NCBI GenBank assembly: GCA_001949185.1
Contig: BDGG01000008.1
Coordinates: 186,001 to 250,000 of the forward strand
Direction: 5' to 3'
Source of the DNA: Ramazzottius varieornatus
Lineage: Eukaryota; Animalia; Tardigrada
Length of the DNA: 64,000 nucleotides
Shown here: positions 48,756-61,333 of the stretch, piece after piece
How positions within the stretch are numbered: position 1 is the stretch's first letter
Layout: every line of letters begins with the position of its first letter
Notes under the pieces: generated by a model
What the model was told of the DNA's origin: nothing
The model's database searches: none
Seen by the model: the letters and a program-made list of their open reading frames with translations, nothing else
Program-made: the position numbers and the translations under genes

Positions 48756-49312
48756 AAAGAAAAATCAGGTGCCTCTTCCAGAACGTCCAGATTCAAGTAC
48801 TCTGTTTCTTCATCCAGCAGGAAGGCAACTGAGACGTTTCTAGAAAGTTGGCACCGCTTTTTATCTCCCGAACTCGAAGTGGACTGTTTCTTGAAACATA
48901 CTCCATAACTATCCTGTTACACGCGATCTATGACTTATTTATGGTAAAATTACCCATAAACAGACTGGTATATTTTTCGCGACGCCGCGAGGAAATCAAG
49001 CTTTGATCCGGTTTACTCATTTTTATTGTGCTTATCAAGCACCTGTTTTCTCGATGACGTGCGGAAATTGGAATTGTTCAAAGAATACCGGTTGCAAGCT
49101 AGCCAACCTACTGGCTGGCATAGGGTATCATAAAGTCAAGTATAACAATATTTCCTTATTGACTGTAAAGATCGGCCGTAGGGTTTATCGAGAATGTCTG
49201 TTAAAGTCAGCGTTTTGTGGAACCGAGCGCTAGTTTACTTCCTGGGTTGACCACAGCAGTTGGTTGGCAGCTTTACTTGGGTTCTTTGCGTCGATTCATC
49301 CTGAAATCTAGC

Positions 49313-50305
49313 ATGAAGTTCCTCGTGGTCCTTGCCGCCCTCGTGACCTTGGTAAGCTGCTCCATTTTCTTTTCTTTGTCAAACTCATCCTTATTCATGT
49401 ATTGATGGGTTCTTGAAATTTCACAGGTTGCCGCAGACTTCGTGAGAGTGGAGTTCAAATTACTGGAGTACAGCAACAATGCTGGCAAAGGGCTTTTGGC
49501 CACTGGTGAACGATGCGAGAAGAACCGTCATTGCGATCCGGTCATGACCGGATATGTTGATACGTAGGTCGTTCTTCGAATCTCATAGATATTTTTGTGC
49601 TTTGTATGGTCCAGTGCCTCTTAAATATGCTATATTTGTAGCGAGAAACCGCTCAACGCGTGGCCTGGTCCGAAAGCTGATCCTAAAACCTGGACAAGTA
49701 TCTTCGATGTCAAAGACTCTGATTTCGTCAAAGTGGGCAAAATTGTCTCTCGCGATGTGTGTGACGCAGATTACACCAAAGCCAACCTCAGAGCCGAGGT
49801 CTCGGACACCAACAGATTCACCAGTGACAAGAAAATCAACCAGGTAACGAGTTATCGTCCTGCTGTACGTGAGATATTTCCCCTTCCCCGAAAGCTCCTT
49901 CTTTTCCAGTTCGAGTGCCTGAGCGGTCGCGATGTCGCCCGGAACGAGGCCTCCGCTTCCTGGAGCGCCCCCAAGCAGTGCGATGCCAAATTCAACCCTA
50001 CGAAAGTTGGGTGAGTAGTTCTTTCGTTCGCTTCCGGTTCGTTACTGTTTGTCCAAACTTGGGCTGTAACTGCAAATGGGTGCTTTGGCACACACGAGTG
50101 AAGCGTGGTGGTTGAAGGTTGACATACCAGTGGAGAGCTTTCGAAGTATCCAATGCTGCTTGCGGCGCTGCTATTGGTACGTATGATATTGCGGTGATGT
50201 AAATTGGAAATTTTAGACCAAGAAGGGTTGTCGAATGATCACTTTCCCATTATTACAGGAAAAACTGGTCCAGCAAAGAAGCCTAGTAGTGGTATCTTTG
50301 GTTAG
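49313..50305 (+). CDS. Secreted C2-fold AMNP-like protein, copy 2
   Basis: MKFLVVLAALVTL|VAADFVRVEFKL...CEKNRHCDPVMTGYVDT...WPG...KIVSRDVC...ANLRAEVSDTN...FECL...ASWSAPKQCDAKFNP...CG. Confidence 0.82.
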
Positions 50306-50784
50306 CTTGTTAGGCTATCTCACAACCTCGAGATTTGTTTTGTCGAAGTATCGCTTTGATGGAGGCTGGGGTCACAAATCGATGTTATTGGAGATTCAAT
50401 TTTAAGTTGGTTCCCAGTAAAGCGTCCAGACAGGATCCGTTGGTTCTTCCCTAACAGTACTACCGACTCACTGACTTTCAGACATCCATCGGGGCAAGCA
50501 TAAGAAAAAACGGCCAAATTTTTACTGCACAGTTCGACCGAAAGGACTGATGCCATGTGTTGATAAAGCATAGTATTTTCGAGCCTGTGACGAGTACCGG
50601 AAAACAGTAGAAACACCAACAGATGTTATCGAGACCGACCCTTGCACAAAAAGTGCTGATGACGAACCGTTAAGAAGTGCTCGAAGTAGAGCCTTCCTTC
50701 TTCCAGACTTCACGGAAACTTCCGCATTTTTCCACCTTGCTGTGATCCTATAGAGAATTGGGCGCACTTGTTTGAGCGTGAAAG

Positions 50785-51828
50785 ATGGCTCTTCGGACAG
50801 TGCTCGTGTGTGCTCTAGCCACTGCGGTACGAGATAAGCTGGAATTTACTCTTTCGAGGTTGCACTTATTCGAAAATTCGCTAAGCCGTTTTTCTGTCGT
50901 CTCAGATTGCCGGTGAATCCATACGAGTTGAGTACAAACTGACTAAATTGGATAATCCTGGTGGAATTATCTATAACGGGAAGAAGTGTGATATGACCGG
51001 GAAATGCGATCCTCGGCTTTCTGGTTACGTCGACACAGAAAAAGCCCTCAACACGTGGGTAAGACATTATATGCTAATTCGCTGTGCTAAACAGCCGAAT
51101 GTCTCTCATCGAAAGCCCTTTGTAGCCGGGACCCAAACCGTTGAGCCAGTTTACCAAGATTCACGAGGACGACGATGTGGACAGTCCTAGCATTCAGAAG
51201 ATAGTTTCGCGAGACATCTGCGTTGGGTCCACATACACGGTGGGTCCATACCGAATATACGCCTACGAGTTAATTAGTACAGTTAATTCGCAACACTTTT
51301 TCAATTGAGCGTTGAATTTTTTTCAGAAAGCAAATCTCCGAGTGGATGCCGTTGACAAGGATCTCACGGGGACAGATCAGATGGACCAGTAAGTCGGGCC
51401 TATCAGCCTGCGCGTACTTCCTGTTGTTACGCATGATCTTTCGTCGCTGCCGGAATAACCATCGTTTAGAACTGCCGCTATAATTTTTTGTATCTTGGTG
51501 AGTAAAGCCCCTTCATTTCTTGCAGATTCGAATGTATGAGTGTCGGAAGTTTTCGTGACGTAAAGCAAAGCGAACAGAGCGCCACCTGGTCCACCGAAAG
51601 ACCTTGCGCGAACAAATTCCAGCCTGACAAAGTCAAGTAAGCGAATGCTATTAAATGATGTGGCCTTGTCAGAGGCCAGACTGAAGTGAAGCCAGCAGTA
51701 GCACTGAGAGAGTTTTCTATTCTAGACTGATGTATCAATTCCGAGCTTACAAGATTCCCGAAAGGGAGTGCGGTCGCCCTGTTGGTTCCTCCAAGAAAGC
51801 CGGCGGTGGTTATGGGACACTAGCTTAG
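50785..51828 (+). CDS. Secreted C2-fold AMNP-like protein, copy 3 (all four Asp ligands present)
   Basis: MALRTVLVCALATA|IAGESIRVEYKL...CDMTGKCDPRLSGYVDT...WPG...EDDDVDSP...KIVSRDIC...ANLRVDAVDKDLTGTDQMDQFECM...ATWSTERPCANKFQP...CGRP. Confidence 0.85.
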
Positions 51829-52297
51829 CTAGACACCGAGCAGTACACGCATAGTAACTGTTTGACATTTCCCTCACAGCTGGGATTATCTCTCGACATT
51901 CATCCCACTCGAATTTCATTTCTGACGTGGTAGAACTCAGTCTTACGGACATGAGAATATTCTGGGTAATAGCACACATTGGTGATCAATGTCCAGCTGT
52001 AGGCAGATCGTTGGCGCTTGTAAAGCAAAGTCTCTAGATAAGAAAATTACAAGACGAACGAAATCTACCATCTTGAAACTAGCGATCGAAACTTCCGATC
52101 TAATGGAGTAGTTGGGCAAGACGGGTTAGTCCAACAGGTCTTCCAGCTACGGCAGCGCCCTGTTCACAGCACAGCGCATTTTGCCGATTACGCAGCTTCC
52201 GGTACCGTTCGAGTACTTTATTCAGACAGTTTCAGTTAGACCTGGGCTGGAAGTTGGGACAGGCTGAATTTCGGATAGCTTCATCCTTATTTTCAAG

Positions 52298-53193
52298 ATG
52301 TCTAAGATGCTCTATCAAGCGGTCTTTCTGTCCGCCTTGGTGGCTATGGTAGCGTGTGCCCGCAGTTCCTCCACAGATGGCACCCGAGTAGAGTACAAGC
52401 TCTTCAATTTCACCCACGCTGGAAAACTGCAGAACGGTGAAGTATGTTGGAACACCGGCGATGTTGCCGGGATGCTTAAATCTATCCTCTGCTAATGTTT
52501 TTGATCAACTACTGTTTCTTGCAGAAATGCGACTTCGGTACTCACTGCGACCCCAGCTTGAGGGGCTACGTCGACACGTGAGTCCTTGAGGGTCCACGCA
52601 CGCTTCTGAATGTCGGTGATCTTAAAACTGTCCGTTTCTGAGTTTTAGCATCAGTCCTGACGCAGCATTCCCCGGATCAGAAGACAATCTCGAAAGATGG
52701 GCCAAGATTTGGGAAGGATTGGATATCAAAGACACTGCTCGCCTGAACAAGATCGTTTCCCGTGATGTCTGCAAAGGAACCTACAACGTAAGCCCCAGGT
52801 CTTCGATTGTGTGCGAATTGTATCAATTAGAGATCTAACAAAGAAAACAGAAATTGACACCTCAATTACAATATGACAAATTGTTAGAAAGCTACTCTCC
52901 GGGTTCAAGTTGACGAGGTGGACTCGTCGCGAAAGGATCTGATGGAACAGTTTATGTGCTACGCCGGCCGAAACGTCCAACAAGACGAAAGTCGCGCCAA
53001 ATGGTCCGAACTTGCCGAATGTGAAGCCCACTATAACAAACGAGGAAACAAGTACGGGTTTTACTGCGCAGATTGTTTTCTATATATTTAAGCCTAAATT
53101 GTAAAGCCATCGTTTGTGGACTCGTCTGTTTACAGGATGCTGTACTCGTGGAGAGCGTTCACCGTGCCTGCCCGAGACTGCGGAAAGGTCTAA
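52298..53193 (+). CDS. Secreted C2-fold AMNP-like protein, copy 4
   Basis: Signal peptide; TRVEYKLFNFTHAGKLQNGEKCDFGTHCDPSLRGYVDT...FPG...KIVSRDVC...LRVQVDEVDSSRKDLMEQFMC...AKWSELAEC...WRAF...CGKV*. Confidence 0.82.
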
Positions 53194-53680
53194 GAAATCC
53201 CCGAGTTCCTGGTACAACTGCTCAATAAAGGATAGGTGAGAGAATCGACCTTGTGCTGGTTTCTCGGTAGACAGCGTACAATGTACGATACGAGAGACAA
53301 GTTCGACGTAACTCGATTAAAGTAACAGTCCCATTATTTGCCTTTATCGATCATTCGTCTCACGTCGTTGGTCCGGATATAGACAAAACAATACAGGTTG
53401 CTTTGAATAAACACGGAGCTGTAAACAATGACTTCTTGACTGGCAACGTTGTAAAATCATAGTGCGCTGAGTTACTCAAGAGGTCTTCAAAGACCTCGGA
53501 CCACTTTATGCTGATGACGCTCATTCGTCATCGTCGCAACTTGAAACCACAAGGATCCGCTTTACACGGTTCCGTCCACAACACCTCCGTCTTATTGCCG
53601 CCGTCTGAAGAAACATCTTCATATCTGCTGGTAACCGATTTCTAGATTTTTTGGGAGTATCACAGTGCTGTTAGGCGGGA

Positions 53681-54536
53681 ATGGATATCTTCCTTTCGGT
53701 CTTCCTAGTCGGGATTCTCGCCGGGGTGGCGGTAAGTCTGTTTTTAGTTGTACATTCAACCAGTCCTTCTTCTGCTTGTCGTAAATACGGTTTTGACAGT
53801 TGTTTTGGGCATACAGACTGCCGAGCCATTGCGAATGGAGGTGGAACTTCGGCGACTCAACAACAGTCTGGGGATCCTGAAGTCCGGAGAGCAGTGCGAC
53901 CTGACTAGTGCCTGCGATATGCGCCTGACCGGATATCTCGACATGTAAGGATTTCTCAAGTCACAGTAGTACACATCTGGTACCAAATTTTTCATGCTGT
54001 AGTGATGCAGCGATGAATGCTTGGCCGGGTTCGAAGCCGGAGGATTCGTGGGTCAAAATTGTTGAACGGGACAACGAGAACGGTAATGAGTGCAGCATCT
54101 TTATTGCTCATTTCCCATTTTCCATTTACTAATTTTGCGCAAGACTTCAGCTCCCGTTATCAACAAGATCGTTTCTCGGGATGACTGCGTGGGTCGTACG
54201 ACCGTAAGTAAATCTATAAACCCGAATCTCTAAGGGGAAAGAAACTTCTCGTTCGTACGTATGGTTCTTTTCTTGCAGAGAGCTAATCTACGAATCAAGG
54301 CTGTAGACGTGGACTCACTGACGGCCAACGATCTGGTGGATAACTTTGAATGCATGGTCCCAGTTTCCGGGAGCAACATCGCCACCAGTATCTCCAGGGC
54401 TCAGTGGTCGACCGAGAAGTTTTGCGATACCAAGTACAATCCTGGGAAGATCACACTGAAGTTCCGCTATCGAGTTTTCCTCATCGACCCAGCTGACTGT
54501 GGCCGACCGCCAGTTGGCGCCACTGCCAAGGTCTGA
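53681..54536 (+). CDS. Secreted C2-fold AMNP-like protein, copy 5 (all four Asp ligands present)
   Basis: MDIFLSVFLVGILAGVA|TAEPLRMEVEL...CDLTSACDMRLTGYLD...WPG...KIVSRDDC...ANLRIKAVDVDSLTANDLVDNFECM...AQWSTEKFCDTKYNP...CGRPP. Confidence 0.85.
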
Positions 54537-55368
54537 TCGCAGTACTCCTATTCTCTTGCCAGTCTTTCAGAAACCTGGAAGGAACCAACTTGCAGCTCAA
54601 TCTTTATCTCTCACAGTTCTCTGTAGTTCCATTTTCAATCTTTCATTTATCCATGCCTGGCGGAAATATTTCTAAACTTTGAAGTCTGCTTTGAACTTTA
54701 TTCACACAATACGATGAAGAACTGCATCGGCATGTTGGCTGGAATGCGCAGTCATACATAGATAACTTTATCTTGATCCCATAAACTAGTAATTCATTAT
54801 CCCAAAATGAAACGTCCTATATTTTTCTTCCGCGCTCGTACCCACCCATTCCAAAACATACGATGTAAAAGCCAAATAACGACGTGACTCTGACTGTCTC
54901 CCATAACTCAACTGTGACTCGGATAGTACAGTAACTTCCCACCAGCTAGATGTTTTCGAAAGAGTACTTCGATCAGGGTTCTTCAACTTGGATATTTTAC
55001 AGAAGATATAAAAGAACGAATGACAACAAGGGATCACGTAGCAAGTAAAAAAGGACGAAGACGCGCATGAATTCAACGAGATTGGGTAAAGGCTTATAGT
55101 ACAGTGAATCGATGGAAGAAAAACAAACTGACGAGTAGGTAGTTTCACGCAGAGTAAATCTGGAGCAGAAAATGCCGTGACAAATATTTACGTTTTACAG
55201 TAAAATATTGACCTTGAGAGCCATGAAAATCCTCCTCCTACGCTTATCCGTCTCCTCGTCAGCTGGGCTTCACATTTCACAGCAGACGAGCTATCAATAT
55301 CTGAAAGGTGACAAACAGGATATTTTAGGCTTGATAGCTGAGATTGCAAGATTGATCGTCCACAGGGG

Positions 55369-55871
55369 TCATCTAAACTTAACCAGCTAAGTATTCTAAC
55401 CAGAAAATTTCAGCTTGAATAAAGCTATACACTTACGGCGCCCATGGTGGTTCCCATCACGACTTTGGTGGATTCCGCAGAGCTGAAATTCAAAGGAGAA
55501 ACTTGCGACTTATTTCACGCGAGTTGAACATATCAAAGAAAAATCAGCCTACTTGATTCCCATGGCGTATTTGGCGTATTCCAGAGCGTCGCAGCAATAA
55601 GGAAGTTCCAGAGCGCCCTTTCGACAGCACATGGTTTTCTGGTTGTCCGATCCGGTAATGGCATTTCCAACCTTGTCAATCACACTGGGACAGGACAAGA
55701 CGGTGTTGCATTCCATACCCCAGGAACCTATTGTTAAGAAGCTCTTTCGTTATAGATTGCCTGCCATTATTCGACTCTTGAATAAGCATAACTTATCACT
55801 CAGACAGAGGCCTTACCTGCCACCAGGATGGCGGCCAGAACGGCGCAGAGAAAGAGGGCGGATGACTGCAT
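55369..55871 (-). CDS. Small secreted Cys-rich peptide (C-x5-C...CC-x9-CC)
   Basis: MQSSALFLCAVLAAILVA|GSWGMECNTVLSCPSVIDKVGNAITGSDNQKTMCCRKGALELPYCCDALEYAKYAMGI... across canonical GT-AG introns. The 3' exon is uncertain. Confidence 0.7.
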
Positions 55872-57325
55872 GATGATGGGTTTCGGGAGATATGAATCCA
55901 GTAAGACGGAGGATGAACTTGATCGAAGCGTGATCAAAAGCCGACTGCCACTGTTGACGACAGAGAAATCAAACTGCAAAGCGATGAAGTGAGAGGAATG
56001 CTTGAAGGAAACAAGATACTGTCTAGCACCGTATAAACTTCTCTCTACTCCTCGAAGTCGGACAGTAGCGCACGTCGTACGTCTGCGTTGCACAAGGAAG
56101 TACGGATCCAGGGCCCTTCTGTACTGATTGGTGAGGCGTGACGTTCCACCTCGACGACGTCAGCACCAACCCTACATTTAGAAATCAGGGCAGTGGGCCC
56201 GTTCGTTTAAGAGCTCTACAGATGGTTTCTTCTGCGGAAAATTCATCACGTGATAGTGCTTTTTCCCAAAGGGCCAACTATATATTGTATCTGCACAATC
56301 CGCCCAGCTCTCAGTGCTGTGGGTCTAGCTGGCCAGTTTCGGCTTTGCCACTAATGAACTGGGCATCTGTCGCGTTGGAAAATCTCACTGTCAGATCGGA
56401 GCCATTGCTCAGATTATGCAAGCTATGGTCTACAGCTGTCCTGTTCCCAGGCCTATGAATAAGGCTGTGCTCCCTGCTTGTTATCAGAAATACGTGACTT
56501 TGCTCGCCTGGTGGGGGAGGCCAGGGACCAAACTCGACATCACTCATTTCCTGTTTCGATAACTCACATATCCTCCATGAAATCAGAGTATTAGTCAACG
56601 GACCAAGTGCAGTCACAATGGACTTGGGTCGATAATGGTCTCTGTTATTTCTCGTACTACTCCGTATAGCAACTCCGAGGAATCGGCGTGGTTTTGAAGG
56701 GGTTGCTACTTCAAAGCCAGCAAGATCGATCATTTCATCAAGAAGGAACAGATGCACGAGACCGGTTTAGCCTATGCAAATAAGACTTGCTGACACCAGT
56801 ATCCTGTATATTGTAGACAAAGGCATAAAAAACGCATGAAAGCGCTGTTTGGCTTTTTGATAGAGAGCGTTTTGTTGACCGCGGTACCACGAAGGCTTTC
56901 ATATGAGCCTCAATGTTGCACCAGGTAGTGGATATAGTCCGTTGCACCTGCCGTAGGTAAATGCTTTGTCTTCTTTTCAGACGCGCGCGCTTGATGAGGT
57001 GCAAACATATCCCACAATGCACGTACTTTCAACAAGTACAACAGGAACCCAGTTACTTTATCAGATTTATTCACTTCAGTATGAAGTGGGAGCCCATGAC
57101 GAAACAAACCCCCCAAAACAGGTTATAAATTCCCTGTATACAGCGAACCCCCGCTAACGAGCGAAAAGAGGCGAAGGGTTCTCGGAAGAAGACTTAGCAG
57201 AAGGCGGTATAAAATTCAAGCTTTCATACAGAGTCAGGCGCGGCATGAAATTATCATTGCTTGATAGCCGCTTAGAAATATAGTTGCTCATATTTTCGGG
57301 TTTTGTTTCGGCTAATGGTGGTCGT

Positions 57326-58446
57326 CTAGTAGTCCGTTCCACTGAGAGAAAGCGTTCCAGTATTGTAATCACTGGCGTTAGCGGAAGTCACCAGAATGCT
57401 CATTGAGACACTGGGAACCGTGACGCACACTGTGCTCATGGTACTCGTCGAGCAGTCTGCCAAACCCCATTGTGCCATTCCATCAGCACTGCAGAAAAAA
57501 GTAATATTATCCAAAGTGCGGTTGCTCGATAAACCAGTAAACAAATAAATGGCAGTATAACAAGCTAAAACTTACCCGACCGTGACATACGGACAAACGG
57601 TGGGCGTCTGAGTTGTGGTGGAAGTGGATGCTAATGAGGTTCCGCTTTGGCTGTCGGCGTCCATTGTCATCGAGGAACTCACGGTCTGCGCGATCCACAA
57701 GCTCATGCCCGGCATGACGACTTCCGCATCCATGAGGTCTTCCACTATAAACGTACAAAGAGGTAGCAAGTTTCCCTGTTTACACGTACGATGAGAAATT
57801 ATGGGACAGGCGGAAAGGACGGCAAAACGGCAATTCAGCCGTAGAAGAGTGTCGAAAATGTGTTAGCGAGATCCAGTCACGTACGTACGGGCTCCCGTGC
57901 CGCCGTAGCGAAAAAGGCCTGTCCGATAATTTTTGTTGGCCCATAATTTCCTGTCGTACGTGTACTGATGATTATGGCCCTAAGGATGACAGGAACTTCC
58001 GGTACTCTCACGAACCGGAAAAGGGTTGATCGACGTCATCCGGAGAACCTAGTATGGACACCAGCTCTGCGCCGTCACCAGTGCAGAGATCCAATGCCTC
58101 CAACCATGAAGACGTAGTCCTGGAAGGAAGAAGTCAGATGTGGTGAAAGCAGGAAGTAAGACAGGTTCCTGCCGGGAGAACAGTGACTTACTCGTTGGTG
58201 GAATAGTAACAGAAGTCGCCCACCAAGGTCCAGTCTTCGGTCGCACATCGTAGGGTGATGAGCCCAGTTTGTCGAACAAGCATGGACGGACCTGCAAGAA
58301 CACGGAACAATCCTGTACCTCGAAGAACCCTTTTGGGCCGAAACAATGGGGAACAAAAGATACACACCAACGATCGGCGCACTGTGTCCTAGTTCCAAAA
58401 TCATCAAAGTAGCCAAGCTAAGGACAAGCTGAGTGTGGGGCCCCAT
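57326..58446 (-). CDS. Secreted C-type lectin-like domain protein
   Basis: Signal peptide; CATEDWTLVGDFCYYSTNETTSSWLEALDLCTGDGAELVSI; LWIA (WIG-equivalent); CPYV...QWGLADC...VC. No EPN/QPD/WND sugar motifs. Confidence 0.8.
57781..57965. mobile_element. MITE family A, copy 2 (in the lectin intron)
   Basis: TIRs tacacgtacgatgagaaattatggg / cccataatttcctgtcgtacgtgta; interior homologous to 24762-24969. Confidence 0.8.
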
Positions 58447-58958
58447 CTTGCTGCTGAGAATTCCCGAAGCAAATAGTGAACTATGGGCCCAGGATCGGAA
58501 AATTATCGCAGTGTGTGGGGCGCTTTATGACGACTTTGCCGAGGAAGAACTTTGGTCTCCGCAACTTCCGCGTGCCTTTTCTTTTAAATGCAAAATGTTT
58601 TCTTTACCAAGAAACGTTTACTTGCAGAGATGATGAATTAGTTTGCAAGGTGTTTGGTACTATCGTTTGCTACATCAGCATCCAAGTTCCGAGTGGAATT
58701 CATCATTTTGTAGTGACAAAACAATTTTTTTTACAATAGGCGAACTTTTCATTGTTATCCATCGGTATAAAGTAAGTGAGTAATAGAGTTCCCTTTGAAG
58801 ACCGCAGCTGTATTTCAGCAGGTCGAGCAACCACTTTGTCAAATCACAGAAGCTAAAAGCAATAATCAAATCACAGAAGTACCTTGCAGTGAAGAAGGAC
58901 ATAAAACTTGAAACCACAGCCACTGGTGGTAAGGAGAGAAAGGTGAAGACAACCACGG

Positions 58959-60692
58959 TCAGAGTGGGGCGTAGGACTGGTAGGACAGATCAGCGGTACT
59001 TGCACTCAGGTTACGATAACTTCCCCCGCCAGAGGCCACAGGATTCGGAAGCAAGCGAGCTTCTGGAAAATACAAGTACAGAAATGTCAAAACAAGAGAA
59101 GCCACATGAAGCTAGAAAAGCCCGAGACAGACACGCTGAAAGAACGACGTTGATTCAGAATAGGTGAACAGGAGAAGAAACGAGAGTTTGGAGAAAAGAA
59201 GGCAGAAAGTCAACACGGTGGTCAACTCGAAAGTTCGAACTCACGTCCACGAATGACGTAAGCTTCGAATGTCGAGTTGAAGAGCATTGCGATGTAGAAG
59301 ACCACAGTACTGGAGAAAATGACAATGACCACGGTCCAGACGTAGAACATGTCAGGATTTCTATCCTGGCAGCGGAAGTAGCGGCTCCACATCCGGCGTG
59401 TTTGGTTCATCTAAAAAATACAAAGCACAAGACAGTGATTTGAAATCTGGTCTGCATTACATAGGCAGCGTTCGAGACTAACCAAGTCAACAACGTCCAT
59501 ACAAGTCCGAGAGATATCTTCCGTGTAGTTCTTCAGGAAGAAGTCCGTCAGATCTTTGTACATCGGGTAGCATTCCTACAGAAGAATTGACGGGCTTCGT
59601 CAAGGGCATAAGAGACTGGACAGAGCTCGGCCAAATTACCTCGCACACGATCGTGGCGTTAGTCAAATTTTCCATCTTGTTCAGTAATCTATCCTGCAAA
59701 TATCAGCAGAAAAATTACTCAAGGCGATATGTTATGCGGATAGGTACCAAAGAGCGCTAGCGTACCAGTTTAATCCCGTTGTGGTTGAAACACTCGCTCA
59801 AGTTCTGATGTTTCCTTGTAAAGGTGATAAGGTTCTCAGAGTACTCGTACACGACGGTTCCGTGGGATATCGAGTAAGAATTAAAACAATCTACAAGGGA
59901 TAATTTTTCGTATTTGAAGGATTAACTGAGCAGTCGAGAACCTTACAGGCGCAGTTCGCATTGTCCCACAAGGCCGTGATGGACGTGTTGATCCGATCAA
60001 CCACTTCGATCAAATCGCTGCCGTAAACGACGTCCTGACAACTTATCCCATCCTCATTCATCGCCTAGAAAGAAAAAAAACGACACCGGTGCATGGGCTA
60101 TGCAATGAATCCTAAGGTGAGTCCAACCGGAAATAAGGCTAAAGAAAACTTCGCAATTACTGTAGTAGTTAAAATTCTGAGACATAACTATTGACAAGAA
60201 TTTGCGGAACATCCCCAATTCACTACAAACCTCACTGTAGTCAATATGAGCTTCCTGGGAATGTAGATACTGGTCGACACATTTTTCACATAGAAGAATC
60301 GGTCTCGAGAAGTTGACTGCGCAGCCCAAGAAACTGGACGATGCGCCACCGTATATTGTCAGGTACTCTTGGCAAGCGCCAATCTTTGCGACTCTTCGAG
60401 AAAGCAGTGAAGGATCTGGCCTTATACTCTGGGGATCGTCTGGATGGACATCATCAGTCTGGGTATGGCTATCCGATGTGGGAGGTCGAAGACAGTTTGC
60501 AGCAATCTGGTTTCCGTCTTCGCCACATGCCAGGAACGGTGTGAGGTGCGACCAGTCAACTGCCAAGTCTTTCGTTATCGACACAATGTCCGACAGAGAT
60601 ACTTTCGCGGTACAGAAGCCGAACGCGAGAATCAGGTACACCAGCGAAGATATCCTTCTGATGGTTTGATTGAACCATGGATAGTACCTCAT
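58959..60692 (-). CDS. OSTM1: Osteopetrosis-associated transmembrane protein 1 (ClC-7 beta subunit)
   Basis: Signal peptide, FLGCAVNFSRPILLCEKCVDQY, LWDNANCA, conserved MNQTRRMWSRYFRC, a single TM helix and a short cytosolic tail. Confidence 0.85.
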
Positions 60693-61333
60693 TTTTGGGT
60701 ATTTTTCACAAGAACGAACGAACGAACGATCGATCGATCACATTCACAAGAGCCGCGGATTGCTCCCGCCGCCTTGATACCGCAGGCTATCTTCTCCTAC
60801 CGTCTGCTTTCCGTCTATCGGTGTCTTGTCTGGAAATATAAGACAACCATTACGGATGAATGGGGGAAGGATGAAAGCTATTAAAGTGAACAGACTGGGA
60901 GTCTGGGACTTGCGGAGCAAGGTTACTTACACCTGAGCAACTCGCATGCCATCAAACAATCGAGCCCAGTTGCGTCCCATTCGCTGTATTCGATCCTCTG
61001 ACGCAGGTCTTTTGTGAGGAGAGGTGACGTCCAGAAAAAACCCGATGAATTCTCGGAACAAGCAAGGAGGATCTATGGATATCTACAGTATTCTATGGAA
61101 GACTGGAAATGAGAATTTGAGAAATCCTTATTCCTTACGGCATTAAATCGACGTAATCAAGAGGCGGTGAGAACACTGGACACCTTGCCATATCACGAAA
61201 AGAGAAGCTTTTTTTTGATTTGGCAGACCACCTTGGTTCTCGGCCAGCTTCATTGCATGCTGATCTTTCCGGACCGTCCCGCATCTTCACTGCCTACGTC
61301 TCATTGTTGGAACTCAGTCAGCATAGAATAAAC

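Noticed and set aside
47888-54536. Interpretation as Notch-ligand (MNNL) or perforin genes
   Set aside because: Only the C2-type fold is shared; no DSL/EGF or MACPF exons are present and each gene stops after the single domain.
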